NCBI GenBank assembly: GCA_037440045.1
Contig: JBBIUW010000001.1
Span: forward strand, 1-29,892
Direction of reading: 5' to 3'
Source of the DNA: Sphingobacteriaceae bacterium
GTDB taxonomy: Bacteria > Bacteroidota > Bacteroidia > B-17B0 > Aurantibacillaceae
Length of the DNA: 29,892 nt
Shown: one piece after another, positions 1 through 8,103 of the stretch
Layout of the letters: each line of letters begins with the position of its first letter
Numbering within the stretch: position 1 is the stretch's first letter
Program-made: the position numbers and the translations under genes
Notes under the pieces: generated by a model
Told to the model about the DNA's origin: nothing
Databases searched by the model: none
Seen by the model: the letters and a program-made list of their open reading frames with translations, nothing else

Positions 1-1202
1 CTACCTGGCCTATGCTTTGCTATACGTTGTTTTCTCTGTACTTCAGAACTACTAAGTTTAAAATTATTAAACGGTACACCTAAAGGAGAAGAATGACTTA
101 AATAGTAATCTTCTTTTGTAGCATGAGACAATTTATGAAGTGTTTCATAATCCACATTAGTAACTTCAGGAACCAGTAAAAATGGACTTCCCCACCCTAT
201 TGAATCTAAGTTATAATAACTTAATAAAAAGTTATTTTCCTGAGCTGTACCAACACCACCTTGAGCCGTAATTCTTAAACTAGGTTTATTAATAAATGCT
301 TGTTTGTTAAGCTTAATTAACCCACTATTACAATCAGTAAATATTTCATTATATAACAACTCTCTTTTGTTTTTAAATTCTTCCAGTATGGGTCCAAACA
401 AAACTCCGTCAGAAATAAATGCATGGCCTCCGCAGTTAATCCCAGACTCTATTCGAAACTCTGATACCCACAACCCTTTTTTTGCTAAATATTTACCCTG
501 TATTAATGCTGAGCGATAATCACTAACCTTCAAAATAATTTTCTTTTTTATATTTCCATTTTTATCTGGAAAAAAATCAGGGAACTGCTCACAATAGCTA
601 AATAATCTCGGGTTCATTCCCGCCGAAAAAACAATAGAAGACTCTAAATTACTATTGGCATAACCTCTTAATGCTGATAGTGCATCTGAGTATTCTGACG
701 GCAACTCATTACCCTCTTTGTCATAATTAGTTTTATCAAGCTTAGTCATGATATTAACATCAATAGATCCTGGAGTAATAAAACGTTTAAGCTTTTGATA
801 TACCACTTTTTTATCTCTTTCATTATATAAAAAAAGTGTTTGATAAATCTTCTTTTCAACTGAGGTATCTGGCAGCATTTTAAAATAATGATTAATATCA
901 TAATCAATCTCAAAGTCTTCAGTACGTATTTTTTCGATTTGTTTGGATATTATTTGATTCATTAAATTCAAATAAGCGGTAATTCTTCTAGCTCTATAAT
1001 CATCTTCTTTTTCTGATATTTTTTCATATTGTATTGCTTCATTTTTACATAAACACTCTCGCATTTTTTCAATTAAATGATCCTCCATGATAGTAATAGC
1101 GCTGGATATTCCATATTTAGAAACTTTTACAGGAGTATCAATTGTAAATGCTAAACCCATTACTGGTATATGAAAAATATGTGGTGATGCAGTTTGTTTC
1201 AT
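1..1202 (-). CDS. Conserved Bacteroidota hypothetical protein, nitronate-monooxygenase/FabK-like FMN TIM-barrel; 3' end runs off the window
   Basis: Absent from the ORF track (no stop in the window). Hand translation from ATG at 1202 gives MKQTASPHIFHIPVMGLAFTIDTPVKVSKYGISS...GSIDVNIMTKLDK...SSIVFSAGMNPRLF...IILKVSDYRSALIQGKYLAKKGLWVSEFRIESGINCGGHAF...RITAQGGVGT...SIGWGSPFLLVPE...KQRIAKHRPG. All segments checked lie in one frame. Confidence 0.85.
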   Translation of the reverse strand, partial: MKQTASPHIFHIPVMGLAFTIDTPVKVSKYGISSAITIMEDHLIEKMRECLCKNEAIQYEKISEKEDDYRARRITAYLNLMNQIISKQIEKIRTEDFEIDYDINHYFKMLPDTSVEKKIYQTLFLYNERDKKVVYQKLKRFITPGSIDVNIMTKLDKTNYDKEGNELPSEYSDALSALRGYANSNLESSIVFSAGMNPRLFSYCEQFPDFFPDKNGNIKKKIILKVSDYRSALIQGKYLAKKGLWVSEFRIESGINCGGHAFISDGVLFGPILEEFKNKRELLYNEIFTDCNSGLIKLNKQAFINKPSLRITAQGGVGTAQENNFLLSYYNLDSIGWGSPFLLVPEVTNVDYETLHKLSHATKEDYYLSHSSPLGVPFNNFKLSSSEVQRKQRIAKHRPG

Positions 1203-1280
1203 AAAATATTTTTTTTAAATAAGACTTATAATTAATAGGACAATTATGTCCGAAATAAGTGATACATATTAATATTTTAT

Positions 1281-1294
1281 ATGACTTGAATCAT
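1281..1294. promoter_or_regulatory. Crp/Fnr-type palindromic box ATGAC-TTGA-ATCAT between divergent genes
   Basis: Same motif recurs at 2099, 12969 and 13014. A -7-like TACATTTA lies 22 nt downstream (1317-1324). Confidence 0.65.
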
Positions 1295-1341
1295 ATTTTA
1301 TAATATATTAAGAATATACATTTACAAAAAATTATTTCATT

Positions 1342-1914
1342 ATGAAAACAACTTTTAAATATTTGCTTGTAGCAGGAACTGTAGGAATATTTTCTTGTAG
1401 TTCAAACACAGAATCAAATGCAGAAAATGCTAATCCAACAACAGAGGCAACTGCTAATACAGAAGCCCCTACTGTTGGTCAATCAGGTGTACAAGATGCC
1501 ACATCTGCACCAAACATTGTACAAACTGCGGTAGGAAGTAAGGATCACACAACTTTAGTTACAGCTGTAAAAGCGGCTGAGTTAGTTGATGCATTAAGTA
1601 ACGCAGGTCCATTTACTGTTTTTGCACCTACAAATGCAGCATTTGATAAATTACCGGCAGGTACTGTAGATGGACTATTAAAACCTGAAAAAAAGGCTGA
1701 TTTAACAAGTATATTAGAATACCATACTTATGTTGGCTCATTAAAAGCTGAATACATGCAAGATGGTCAAGAGTTTGAAATGGTTAATGGCGATAAGGTG
1801 AAAATTACTAAAAAAGACGGTAAAACATTTGTGAATGGATTTGAAATAGTAGCTTCTATTTCTACAGCAAATGGCATGATACACGTAATCAACGACGTTT
1901 TATTACCTAAATAG
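1342..1914 (+). CDS. Fasciclin (FAS1) domain lipoprotein
   Basis: Lipobox IFSC; FAS1 motifs TTLVTAVKAAELVDAL, GPFTVFAPTNAAF and NGMIHVINDVLLP. Confidence 0.92.
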   Translation: MKTTFKYLLVAGTVGIFSCSSNTESNAENANPTTEATANTEAPTVGQSGVQDATSAPNIVQTAVGSKDHTTLVTAVKAAELVDALSNAGPFTVFAPTNAAFDKLPAGTVDGLLKPEKKADLTSILEYHTYVGSLKAEYMQDGQEFEMVNGDKVKITKKDGKTFVNGFEIVASISTANGMIHVINDVLLPK

Positions 1915-2040
1915 TAAAATAATTTAATCAAAAAAAGCAAATTTTATTTGGGTTTTGTTCCGCAACAAATAAAACACTATTAATTTTTGTAAACCTGTTT
2001 ATTACTTTTTTCATTTAAGTTGAGGCTTTTTGATTAAATA

Positions 2041-2064
2041 GAAGGCGACCAATAGGTCGCCTTC
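2041..2064. terminator. Perfect GC-rich hairpin, possible terminator or RNA-stability element after the fasciclin gene
   Basis: GAAGGCGACC-AATA-GGTCGCCTTC (10-bp stem). No clear U-tract on the + strand. Confidence 0.45.
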
Positions 2065-2098
2065 GTCAATTATAAACAAAATTAATTATTTCATAATT

Positions 2099-2112
2099 AT
2101 GATTTCAATCAT
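2099..2112. promoter_or_regulatory. Crp/Fnr-type palindromic box ATGAT-TTCA-ATCAT
   Basis: Palindromic arms; -7-like AACCTTTG at 2135-2142, 22 nt downstream; ATG at 2157. Confidence 0.7.
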
Positions 2113-2156
2113 TAAATATAAATTGTAAAAGCTCAACCTTTGTCAAAAAAAAGATT

Positions 2157-2750
2157 ATGACACCAATAGAAATAGATAAAATAGTAAATCCTTATTCATA
2201 TAAGGAATACAAAGAGCTTGTAATAAAATTAGCAGAAGAAAAAAAATGTACCGGAGATTCGAGTCCTGAAAGAATTAATGCTACTACACTTAACGCCCAA
2301 AGAATGAAACGAATTGACAAGCAAATTGAATTAAATAATGATTTAAAAAATGTTATTTTATCAATTAATAAAAAATATACTTGGACTCTAATTGTTGAAT
2401 CTTGGTGCGGAGATGGAGCACAGTGTGTTCCAGTTATAGCAAAAATAGCTGAATCAAATCCAAACATTGAATTGAACCTTATTTTAAGAGATGAAAATCC
2501 AAGCTATATGGATATTTTTTTAACTAATGGTTCTAGAGCGATACCTAAATTAATTATTGAATATAATAACAAAGTTATTGGAACCTGGGGGCCAAGACCT
2601 AAAGCAATACAAAAAATGGTAACAGAATACAAACAAAATAATTCTAATGTCTCTCACGAGGATTTTGTTACCATATTACATCTATGGTATGCTAGAGATA
2701 AAACACAATCATTGCAAAATGAATTAAAAGAGATAATATCCGAATTATAA
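2157..2750 (+). CDS. Thioredoxin-family protein (WCGD type)
   Basis: IVESWCGDGAQCVP active-site region, NGSRAIPKLI cis-Pro loop and WGPRP motif. Confidence 0.88.
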   Translation: MTPIEIDKIVNPYSYKEYKELVIKLAEEKKCTGDSSPERINATTLNAQRMKRIDKQIELNNDLKNVILSINKKYTWTLIVESWCGDGAQCVPVIAKIAESNPNIELNLILRDENPSYMDIFLTNGSRAIPKLIIEYNNKVIGTWGPRPKAIQKMVTEYKQNNSNVSHEDFVTILHLWYARDKTQSLQNELKEIISEL

Positions 2751-2776
2751 AATAATAATTATAAAAAATTAAAACG

Positions 2777-3718
2777 ATGACTACAATAAGCAAAATTGAT
2801 GTGACTGTTCTTGAGCCAAGAATGAAACATCCAACAATTTTTAAAAAATTTGATGAAATAACTGCAGGTGAAAGTTTTATAATTTCCAACGATCACGATC
2901 CTAAACCTTTATATTATCAACTAATTGGAGAGCGTGGGAATATCTTTTCATGGGAATATATTGAAAATGGGCCCGATAACTGGCTGGTGAAAATTCAAAA
3001 AAATAATTCAACTAAAGAAGCTAGTATTGGTGAATTAGTGGCTAAAGATTTAAGAAAAGCTGAAGTGTTTAAGAAATTTAATATTGATTTCTGCTGTGGT
3101 GGTAAAAAAACCTTATCACAGGTTTGTAATGACAAACAAATCAATATAAAAGAGGTTGAAACAGAACTTGAAAAATTAGATTCAACTACCGAATCCGTAT
3201 CACAAAACTATAACGACTGGTCATTAGATTTTTTAGTTGATTTCATAATCAATACTCATCACAAATACGTGAAAAATTCGCTGCCTCTTCTTCTTGAATA
3301 TACTTCAAAAGTTGCCAAGGTACATGGCAAAGAACATCTAGAAGTAATTGCTATTTATGATTTATTTAAAGAAGCTTCTGACGAATTAAACTCACATATG
3401 ATGAAAGAAGAAAATGTCTTATTTCCATATATAAAGCAATTAGTTAACGAGAAGAATTCAGTAAATGAAGGATGTTCTTTTGGAACTGTCAAAAACCCAA
3501 TCAGAATGATGGAACACGAACATGATGTAGTTGGAAATATATTTAAAACTATTAGGGAACTATCTAACGATTATACTCCACCTGAAGATGCATGTACAAC
3601 CTACAAACTTTCATATAAAAAATTAGAAGAATTTGAGAATGATTTACATCAACATATTCATTTAGAGAATAATATATTATTCCCAAAAAGTATAAAATTA
3701 GAATCAGAATTATTATAA
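2777..3718 (+). CDS. ric: Iron-sulfur cluster repair di-iron protein (Ric/YtfE/ScdA) with N-terminal DUF2249 domain
   Basis: N-terminal DVTVLEPRMKHPTIF...NDHDPKPLYYQ (DUF2249); ScdA_N DFCCGG; hemerythrin-like HHKY, HMMKEENVLFP, EHEH and HIHLENNILFP. Confidence 0.93.
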   Translation: MTTISKIDVTVLEPRMKHPTIFKKFDEITAGESFIISNDHDPKPLYYQLIGERGNIFSWEYIENGPDNWLVKIQKNNSTKEASIGELVAKDLRKAEVFKKFNIDFCCGGKKTLSQVCNDKQINIKEVETELEKLDSTTESVSQNYNDWSLDFLVDFIINTHHKYVKNSLPLLLEYTSKVAKVHGKEHLEVIAIYDLFKEASDELNSHMMKEENVLFPYIKQLVNEKNSVNEGCSFGTVKNPIRMMEHEHDVVGNIFKTIRELSNDYTPPEDACTTYKLSYKKLEEFENDLHQHIHLENNILFPKSIKLESELL

Positions 3719-3724
3719 TCACTC

Positions 3725-3755
3725 AACAGGCCTCAAATGAGGCCTGTTTATTTTT
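3725..3755 (+). terminator. Intrinsic terminator-like hairpin after ric
   Basis: AACAGGCCTCA-AA-TGAGGCCTGTT followed by TATTTTT. Confidence 0.7.
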
Positions 3756-3761
3756 ATTGCC

Positions 3762-4568
3762 ATGTATATAGATGAAAATACTAAAATATCAAAAATCATA
3801 AATGATACACCTGAGGCTATTGATGCTATTGTTTCTCTATCGAAACATTTTGAAAAATTGCGAATCCCAATCCTTCGAAAAACACTCGCTTCAAGAGTAA
3901 CAATAAAACAAGCTGCCAAAATTGGAGGAGTATCGGTTAATGATTTTTACAAGAAACTATATCCTTTAGGATTTACATTTGAAACTAGTAAAACTAACAA
4001 CCTTGATTCCGAAAAAGAGGAAGAGGCTTTATTCATTAATAATTTTGAAAATGGTAATGTAGAGGAATTAGATGTAAGAGGAATATTAAAACAAAATAAA
4101 GACCCATTTAATCTTATAATGGATTCGCTAGAAAAACTTCCTGATGGATATACTTTAAATATCATTAATACATTTGAGCCAATTCCATTAATAAATATTT
4201 TATCAAAAAAAGGATATACGCATCAAACAATTTATAAAGACAAACAATTGGTACATACTTATTTCAAAAAACAAATAAGCACAAGCAAAACGATTGATTT
4301 AAATCAAGGTAAAAGCAAAGAAGAATCTGCAGAACTATTAAAAAAATATAAAACAAATATTAAAGAGATAGATGTAAGAAATTTAGAAATGCCATTACCT
4401 ATGTCTACTATTTTAAATGAGTTATTATTATTAAAGGACGATTATTTATTATTTGTTCATCATAAAAAGGTACCTAAATTTTTATTTCCTGAGCTTGCAG
4501 AAAGGGGCTATAAATGGCATATACAGGAAATAAAAGAAGATGATGTGAAATTATATATCTTTAAATAG
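3762..4568 (+). CDS. DUF1858 + tandem DUF2249 (TusA/SirA-like) domain protein
   Basis: N-terminal PEAIDAIVSLSKHFEKLRIPILRKTLASRVTIKQAA (DUF1858-like); two LDVR/IDVR-started domains (LDVRGILKQNKDPF...FEPIPL; IDVRNLEMPLPM...HHKKVPKFLFPEL). Confidence 0.8.
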   Translation: MYIDENTKISKIINDTPEAIDAIVSLSKHFEKLRIPILRKTLASRVTIKQAAKIGGVSVNDFYKKLYPLGFTFETSKTNNLDSEKEEEALFINNFENGNVEELDVRGILKQNKDPFNLIMDSLEKLPDGYTLNIINTFEPIPLINILSKKGYTHQTIYKDKQLVHTYFKKQISTSKTIDLNQGKSKEESAELLKKYKTNIKEIDVRNLEMPLPMSTILNELLLLKDDYLLFVHHKKVPKFLFPELAERGYKWHIQEIKEDDVKLYIFK

Positions 4569-5854
4569 TGATACAGCCAAACATAAAAGATGTAAAAACT
4601 GCTAATGTTGTAATGTTTCATTACATTACAGCTAGTATTCTTTTTTTGGTTATTTGTTGCTTAGTCTTATTTTCTTATCAATCATTTATAGGTCATTATT
4701 TTCATCCAAAATTATTAGCCATTACACATATTACAACACTTGGTTGGATAAGTATGGTTATTATTGGGTCACTTTACCAATTAGCTCCAGTTATTTCAAA
4801 CAGCAAGCTTTTTAGTTTAAAACTAGCTCAGGTCTCTTACTTCTTGATTTTGATTGGCACAACAATGCTAGCTTACTGTTTTTGGGAATTTAATGTGGGT
4901 TATTTAATGCAAGTAGCTTCATCCTTATTGTTTACAGGGGTTAGCTTGTTTGCTCTTAACATGTATTTAACCGCTAATAAAGCAGATGAAAAAAGTATTG
5001 AATCAGACTTTTTAATAAGTTCAGTTATTTGGTTTTGGATGACTGTGTTTTTGGGAGTATTGCTAGCATTTAATTTTCGTTATGCATTTTTACCAAAAGA
5101 GCATTTATACTTTCTGAAAATTCATGCCCATATAGGGCTTGTAGGTTGGTTTTTATGTTTAATAATCGGTATCGCTTCCAGACTGGTTCCTATGTTTTTG
5201 ATTTCTGGGAAACTAAATAAAACACGTTTAAATTATGCCTATTATCTTTTAAATATTGGATTATTGGGATTTATAATAGATAGTATATTTTTTAATGGCA
5301 TCAACAGATCATTTATATATATTATTCCAATCATCATTTCATTAGCGTTTTTTCTGATGTATATTAAAGAAGCCTATCAAAACAGATTAAAAAGAACTTT
5401 AGATATAGGACTTAAACACACCTTTATTTCATTTATTTTAATTATCATCCCAGTAAGTATATGGGTAATTTTAAAAACTATAATTACCGACGAAAAATTA
5501 AAAACTCAATTATCAATTGCCTTAACCTTTAGTATCTTATTTGGATTTATAAGTTTATTAATTTTAGGGCAAACATTTAAAAATTTAGCCTTCATTTCTT
5601 GGTTAAAAAACTATCAGAACTATTCGGGCAATTCTGAAGCACCTTTACCTAAAGACCTGTATTCAGAGAATATCGCAAATATGCAATTGTATCTGTTTTT
5701 AGCTGGTTTTTTAGTTACTTTGATAGGTATCGTTATTTCGAACGAGATCTCTATTCTAATAGGCGCAATCTGCTTATCTGTTACTGCAGTACTTTATAAT
5801 ATTAACGTGTTTAAAATTGTGTTTCATAAACGCAAATCACCAACAATCATATAA
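4568..5854 (+). CDS. Polytopic (~12 TM) membrane protein with conserved His-x5-GW motifs, haem-copper-oxidase subunit I/NnrS-like
   Basis: GTG start overlaps the upstream TAG. Hydrophobic throughout; motifs THITTLGW and HAHIGLVGW. Confidence 0.7.
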   Translation: MIQPNIKDVKTANVVMFHYITASILFLVICCLVLFSYQSFIGHYFHPKLLAITHITTLGWISMVIIGSLYQLAPVISNSKLFSLKLAQVSYFLILIGTTMLAYCFWEFNVGYLMQVASSLLFTGVSLFALNMYLTANKADEKSIESDFLISSVIWFWMTVFLGVLLAFNFRYAFLPKEHLYFLKIHAHIGLVGWFLCLIIGIASRLVPMFLISGKLNKTRLNYAYYLLNIGLLGFIIDSIFFNGINRSFIYIIPIIISLAFFLMYIKEAYQNRLKRTLDIGLKHTFISFILIIIPVSIWVILKTIITDEKLKTQLSIALTFSILFGFISLLILGQTFKNLAFISWLKNYQNYSGNSEAPLPKDLYSENIANMQLYLFLAGFLVTLIGIVISNEISILIGAICLSVTAVLYNINVFKIVFHKRKSPTII

Positions 5855-5855
5855 C

Positions 5856-6182
5856 ATGAACTTATATACTGAAAATAATAAAATTGAAATAGATATTCTT
5901 CATAATCTAAAAGAGATTATTGACCCTGAAGTTACAATCAATATAGTAGATTTAGGCTTAATATATAAGGTTAACTATAACAATGAAATCAATAAAATTC
6001 ACATAGTCATGACTTTATCTACAAAAGGATGTCCGATGGGAGATTTAATTATGTCGCAAATAAAGGAATGCATCAATAGGTATTACCCAACTAGTGAGCT
6101 TGAACTAGAATTAGTTTGGGATCCGGAATGGACGAGGGATTTTATTACACCAAATGGAAAAAAACAGTTGGGGCTTTATTAA
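5856..6182 (+). CDS. DUF59 / SufT-like metal-sulfur cluster biosynthesis protein
   Basis: IIDPEVTINIVDLGLIY, TLSTKGCPMG and VWDPEW motifs. Start moved to the ATG at 5856 (MNLYTEN), 1 nt after the upstream stop. Confidence 0.88.
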   Translation: MNLYTENNKIEIDILHNLKEIIDPEVTINIVDLGLIYKVNYNNEINKIHIVMTLSTKGCPMGDLIMSQIKECINRYYPTSELELELVWDPEWTRDFITPNGKKQLGLY

Positions 6183-6185
6183 ATG

Positions 6186-6557
6186 TTATTTAAACATTTT
6201 AATTTGCATGATTGTGCTGATACTTTGTGCTCTCTGTTTAATTAATTCCGCATTTTCTCCTTCAAATAACTCATCTACTGTTTCATTGAACAGTATTGTC
6301 CATTGAGTAAAATCTTTAATGGTAAAAGGATGTTTAGAGTGTATTGCTAAATGCTGCTGCATAGGATTTCCGTTATAATTGCCTGTATAAAACAACACGT
6401 TTTCCCAAAAACGATACATGATCGGTAAATGTTGCTCCCAATCAACTTTCACAACATCAGAAAAAAAATGACTAATGATTTTATCTTGCTTTACTTTCTC
6501 GTAAAAAACATTCACTAGTTTTTCAATGTCTTTTCTATTTAAAATATCTTTTTTCAT
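6186..6557 (-). CDS. Group III truncated haemoglobin
   Basis: DIEKLVNVFYEKVKQD, DWEQHLPIMYRFWENVLF, GNPMQQH, F..W..LF.ETVDELFEG and A..IK.RAQSI motifs. Confidence 0.9.
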   Translation of the reverse strand: MKKDILNRKDIEKLVNVFYEKVKQDKIISHFFSDVVKVDWEQHLPIMYRFWENVLFYTGNYNGNPMQQHLAIHSKHPFTIKDFTQWTILFNETVDELFEGENAELIKQRAQSISTIMQIKMFK

Positions 6558-6629
6558 GCGTAATTCTTATTGTTTTTAATTTATTGCAACATGATATTTA
6601 TAGTTATTAAAACAATTATAAATTCATGT

Positions 6630-7397
6630 TTATAAATCTTTACGTTTAAATTTAACAAGAGACACCCAATATGGAATTGCTATCCACAGAAACAAAATAA
6701 TAAACACTAATACCACCCCCAGAGTAGTCCCAAAAAAGTCTTTAAAAATAGCCCCAGTATATCCCATCATAGCAGAAACATCTAAATGCAGAAGAATTAG
6801 TATGCGAGCTAAATCAATTGGATTTAGAGCTGTAATTCCAACCATCATTTTTTCAATAGGGTAATCTGCTAATTGAAATAATAAAAACAAGACTATACCG
6901 TCAAAAAGCAAAGCAAAAAACAACCACAACATAATTGATATACCAATTCCCTTAGCTTTATCACGTGTTATAATAGAACTTAAAAAAGCAATAGACACAA
7001 ATACTGTTGAAATAAATAATCCAACCAACAACATCATAAAGCCAACGTCTCCGGGAGCATAGATTAAAATAGGAATTCCCACTCCAATAAAAAATGATAG
7101 TAATAATGAGATTACCAAACCGAAAAATAAACTCCACCAAATTTTAGACCTATTAATAGGCTGACTGAGCAACAATTCAATAAACTCTGAACTATTATAT
7201 AAATAAATGGTAGAAAAAATTACAGATACTAAAGGCACAGTTAATAAAACAACATTTAATAATGTCAAAATTCCTTTAGTACTATTATCCTCTAAACTAA
7301 ATACGCTCCAAGCTAACACAGCCAAAATAAGCGTGTAAACCAATACTATTTTGTTTTTTAAAATATCTAAAACTATAAACTTTACTATCCTATTCAT
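6630..7397 (-). CDS. nosY: Nos ABC transporter permease NosY
   Basis: ABC-2 permease (ELLLSQPINR, LNPIDLARILILL) directly downstream of nosF. Confidence 0.88.
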   Translation of the reverse strand: MNRIVKFIVLDILKNKIVLVYTLILAVLAWSVFSLEDNSTKGILTLLNVVLLTVPLVSVIFSTIYLYNSSEFIELLLSQPINRSKIWWSLFFGLVISLLLSFFIGVGIPILIYAPGDVGFMMLLVGLFISTVFVSIAFLSSIITRDKAKGIGISIMLWLFFALLFDGIVLFLLFQLADYPIEKMMVGITALNPIDLARILILLHLDVSAMMGYTGAIFKDFFGTTLGVVLVFIILFLWIAIPYWVSLVKFKRKDL

Positions 7398-8103
7398 TGC
7401 CTTTATTTCTTAAAACGTTTGCAATTGCTTTTGATATTTTTTCTTCTCCGGTTGTTTCTTTTAAATCCGAAATAGTTTTATGAAACTTAACATGTCCTTC
7501 TTGCATAAATACAACATGAGTAATTAAATCGTCTAATTCACTCAGTAAGTGTGAAGTAATTAAAATGAGTTTCCCTTTTTGTTTTTCGGTAATAATTTTT
7601 TCTTTTAAAATTTCGGAAGCTAAAGGATCTAGACCTGCAGTAGGCTCATCGAGAATTAAAATATCAGGATTAAATAAAAAGGCGAGTGTTGCACTTACTT
7701 TTTGTGTTGTTCCTCCTGATAATGTTCGCATACGCTTATCAAACATGTCACTAGACAAATACTGATGCAGTAATTCTTCGTCCAAAACCTGATCTGATTT
7801 CCGGATATCTTTAATCATATCGATAATTTGTCCAATCGTCATATTATCAGGATAGCGACCAATTTGCGGCATATAACCAATTTGTTTACGGTACTGATAA
7901 TTTTGCGAAATTAACTCCCCTTTAACTTTAATAGTTCCTTTAGTGGGAATAACCATTCCTAAAATACTTTTTATTAATGTTGTTTTTCCACAACCATTTG
8001 GGCCAATTAAAGCAATACACTCTCCTTTGTTAAACGACAAATTCACATTGTTTAATACTTCCAACTTTCCGAAGTTCTTATATAAATTACTAATCTCAAT
8101 CAT
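7390..8103 (-). CDS. nosF: Nos ABC transporter ATP-binding subunit NosF
   Basis: Walker A GPNGCGKTT, signature LSGGT, Walker B ILILDEP, H-loop ITSH; lies between nosD and nosY. Confidence 0.9.
   Translation of the reverse strand: MIEISNLYKNFGKLEVLNNVNLSFNKGECIALIGPNGCGKTTLIKSILGMVIPTKGTIKVKGELISQNYQYRKQIGYMPQIGRYPDNMTIGQIIDMIKDIRKSDQVLDEELLHQYLSSDMFDKRMRTLSGGTTQKVSATLAFLFNPDILILDEPTAGLDPLASEILKEKIITEKQKGKLILITSHLLSELDDLITHVVFMQEGHVKFHKTISDLKETTGEEKISKAIANVLRNKGNE

Noticed and set aside
304-519. 71-aa + strand ORF
   Set aside because: Antisense shadow of the long conserved - strand gene at 1-1202.
2192-4165. - strand ORFs 2192-2467, 2692-2889, 3719-3919 and 3947-4165
   Set aside because: Antisense to thioredoxin, ric and DUF1858 genes; no motifs.
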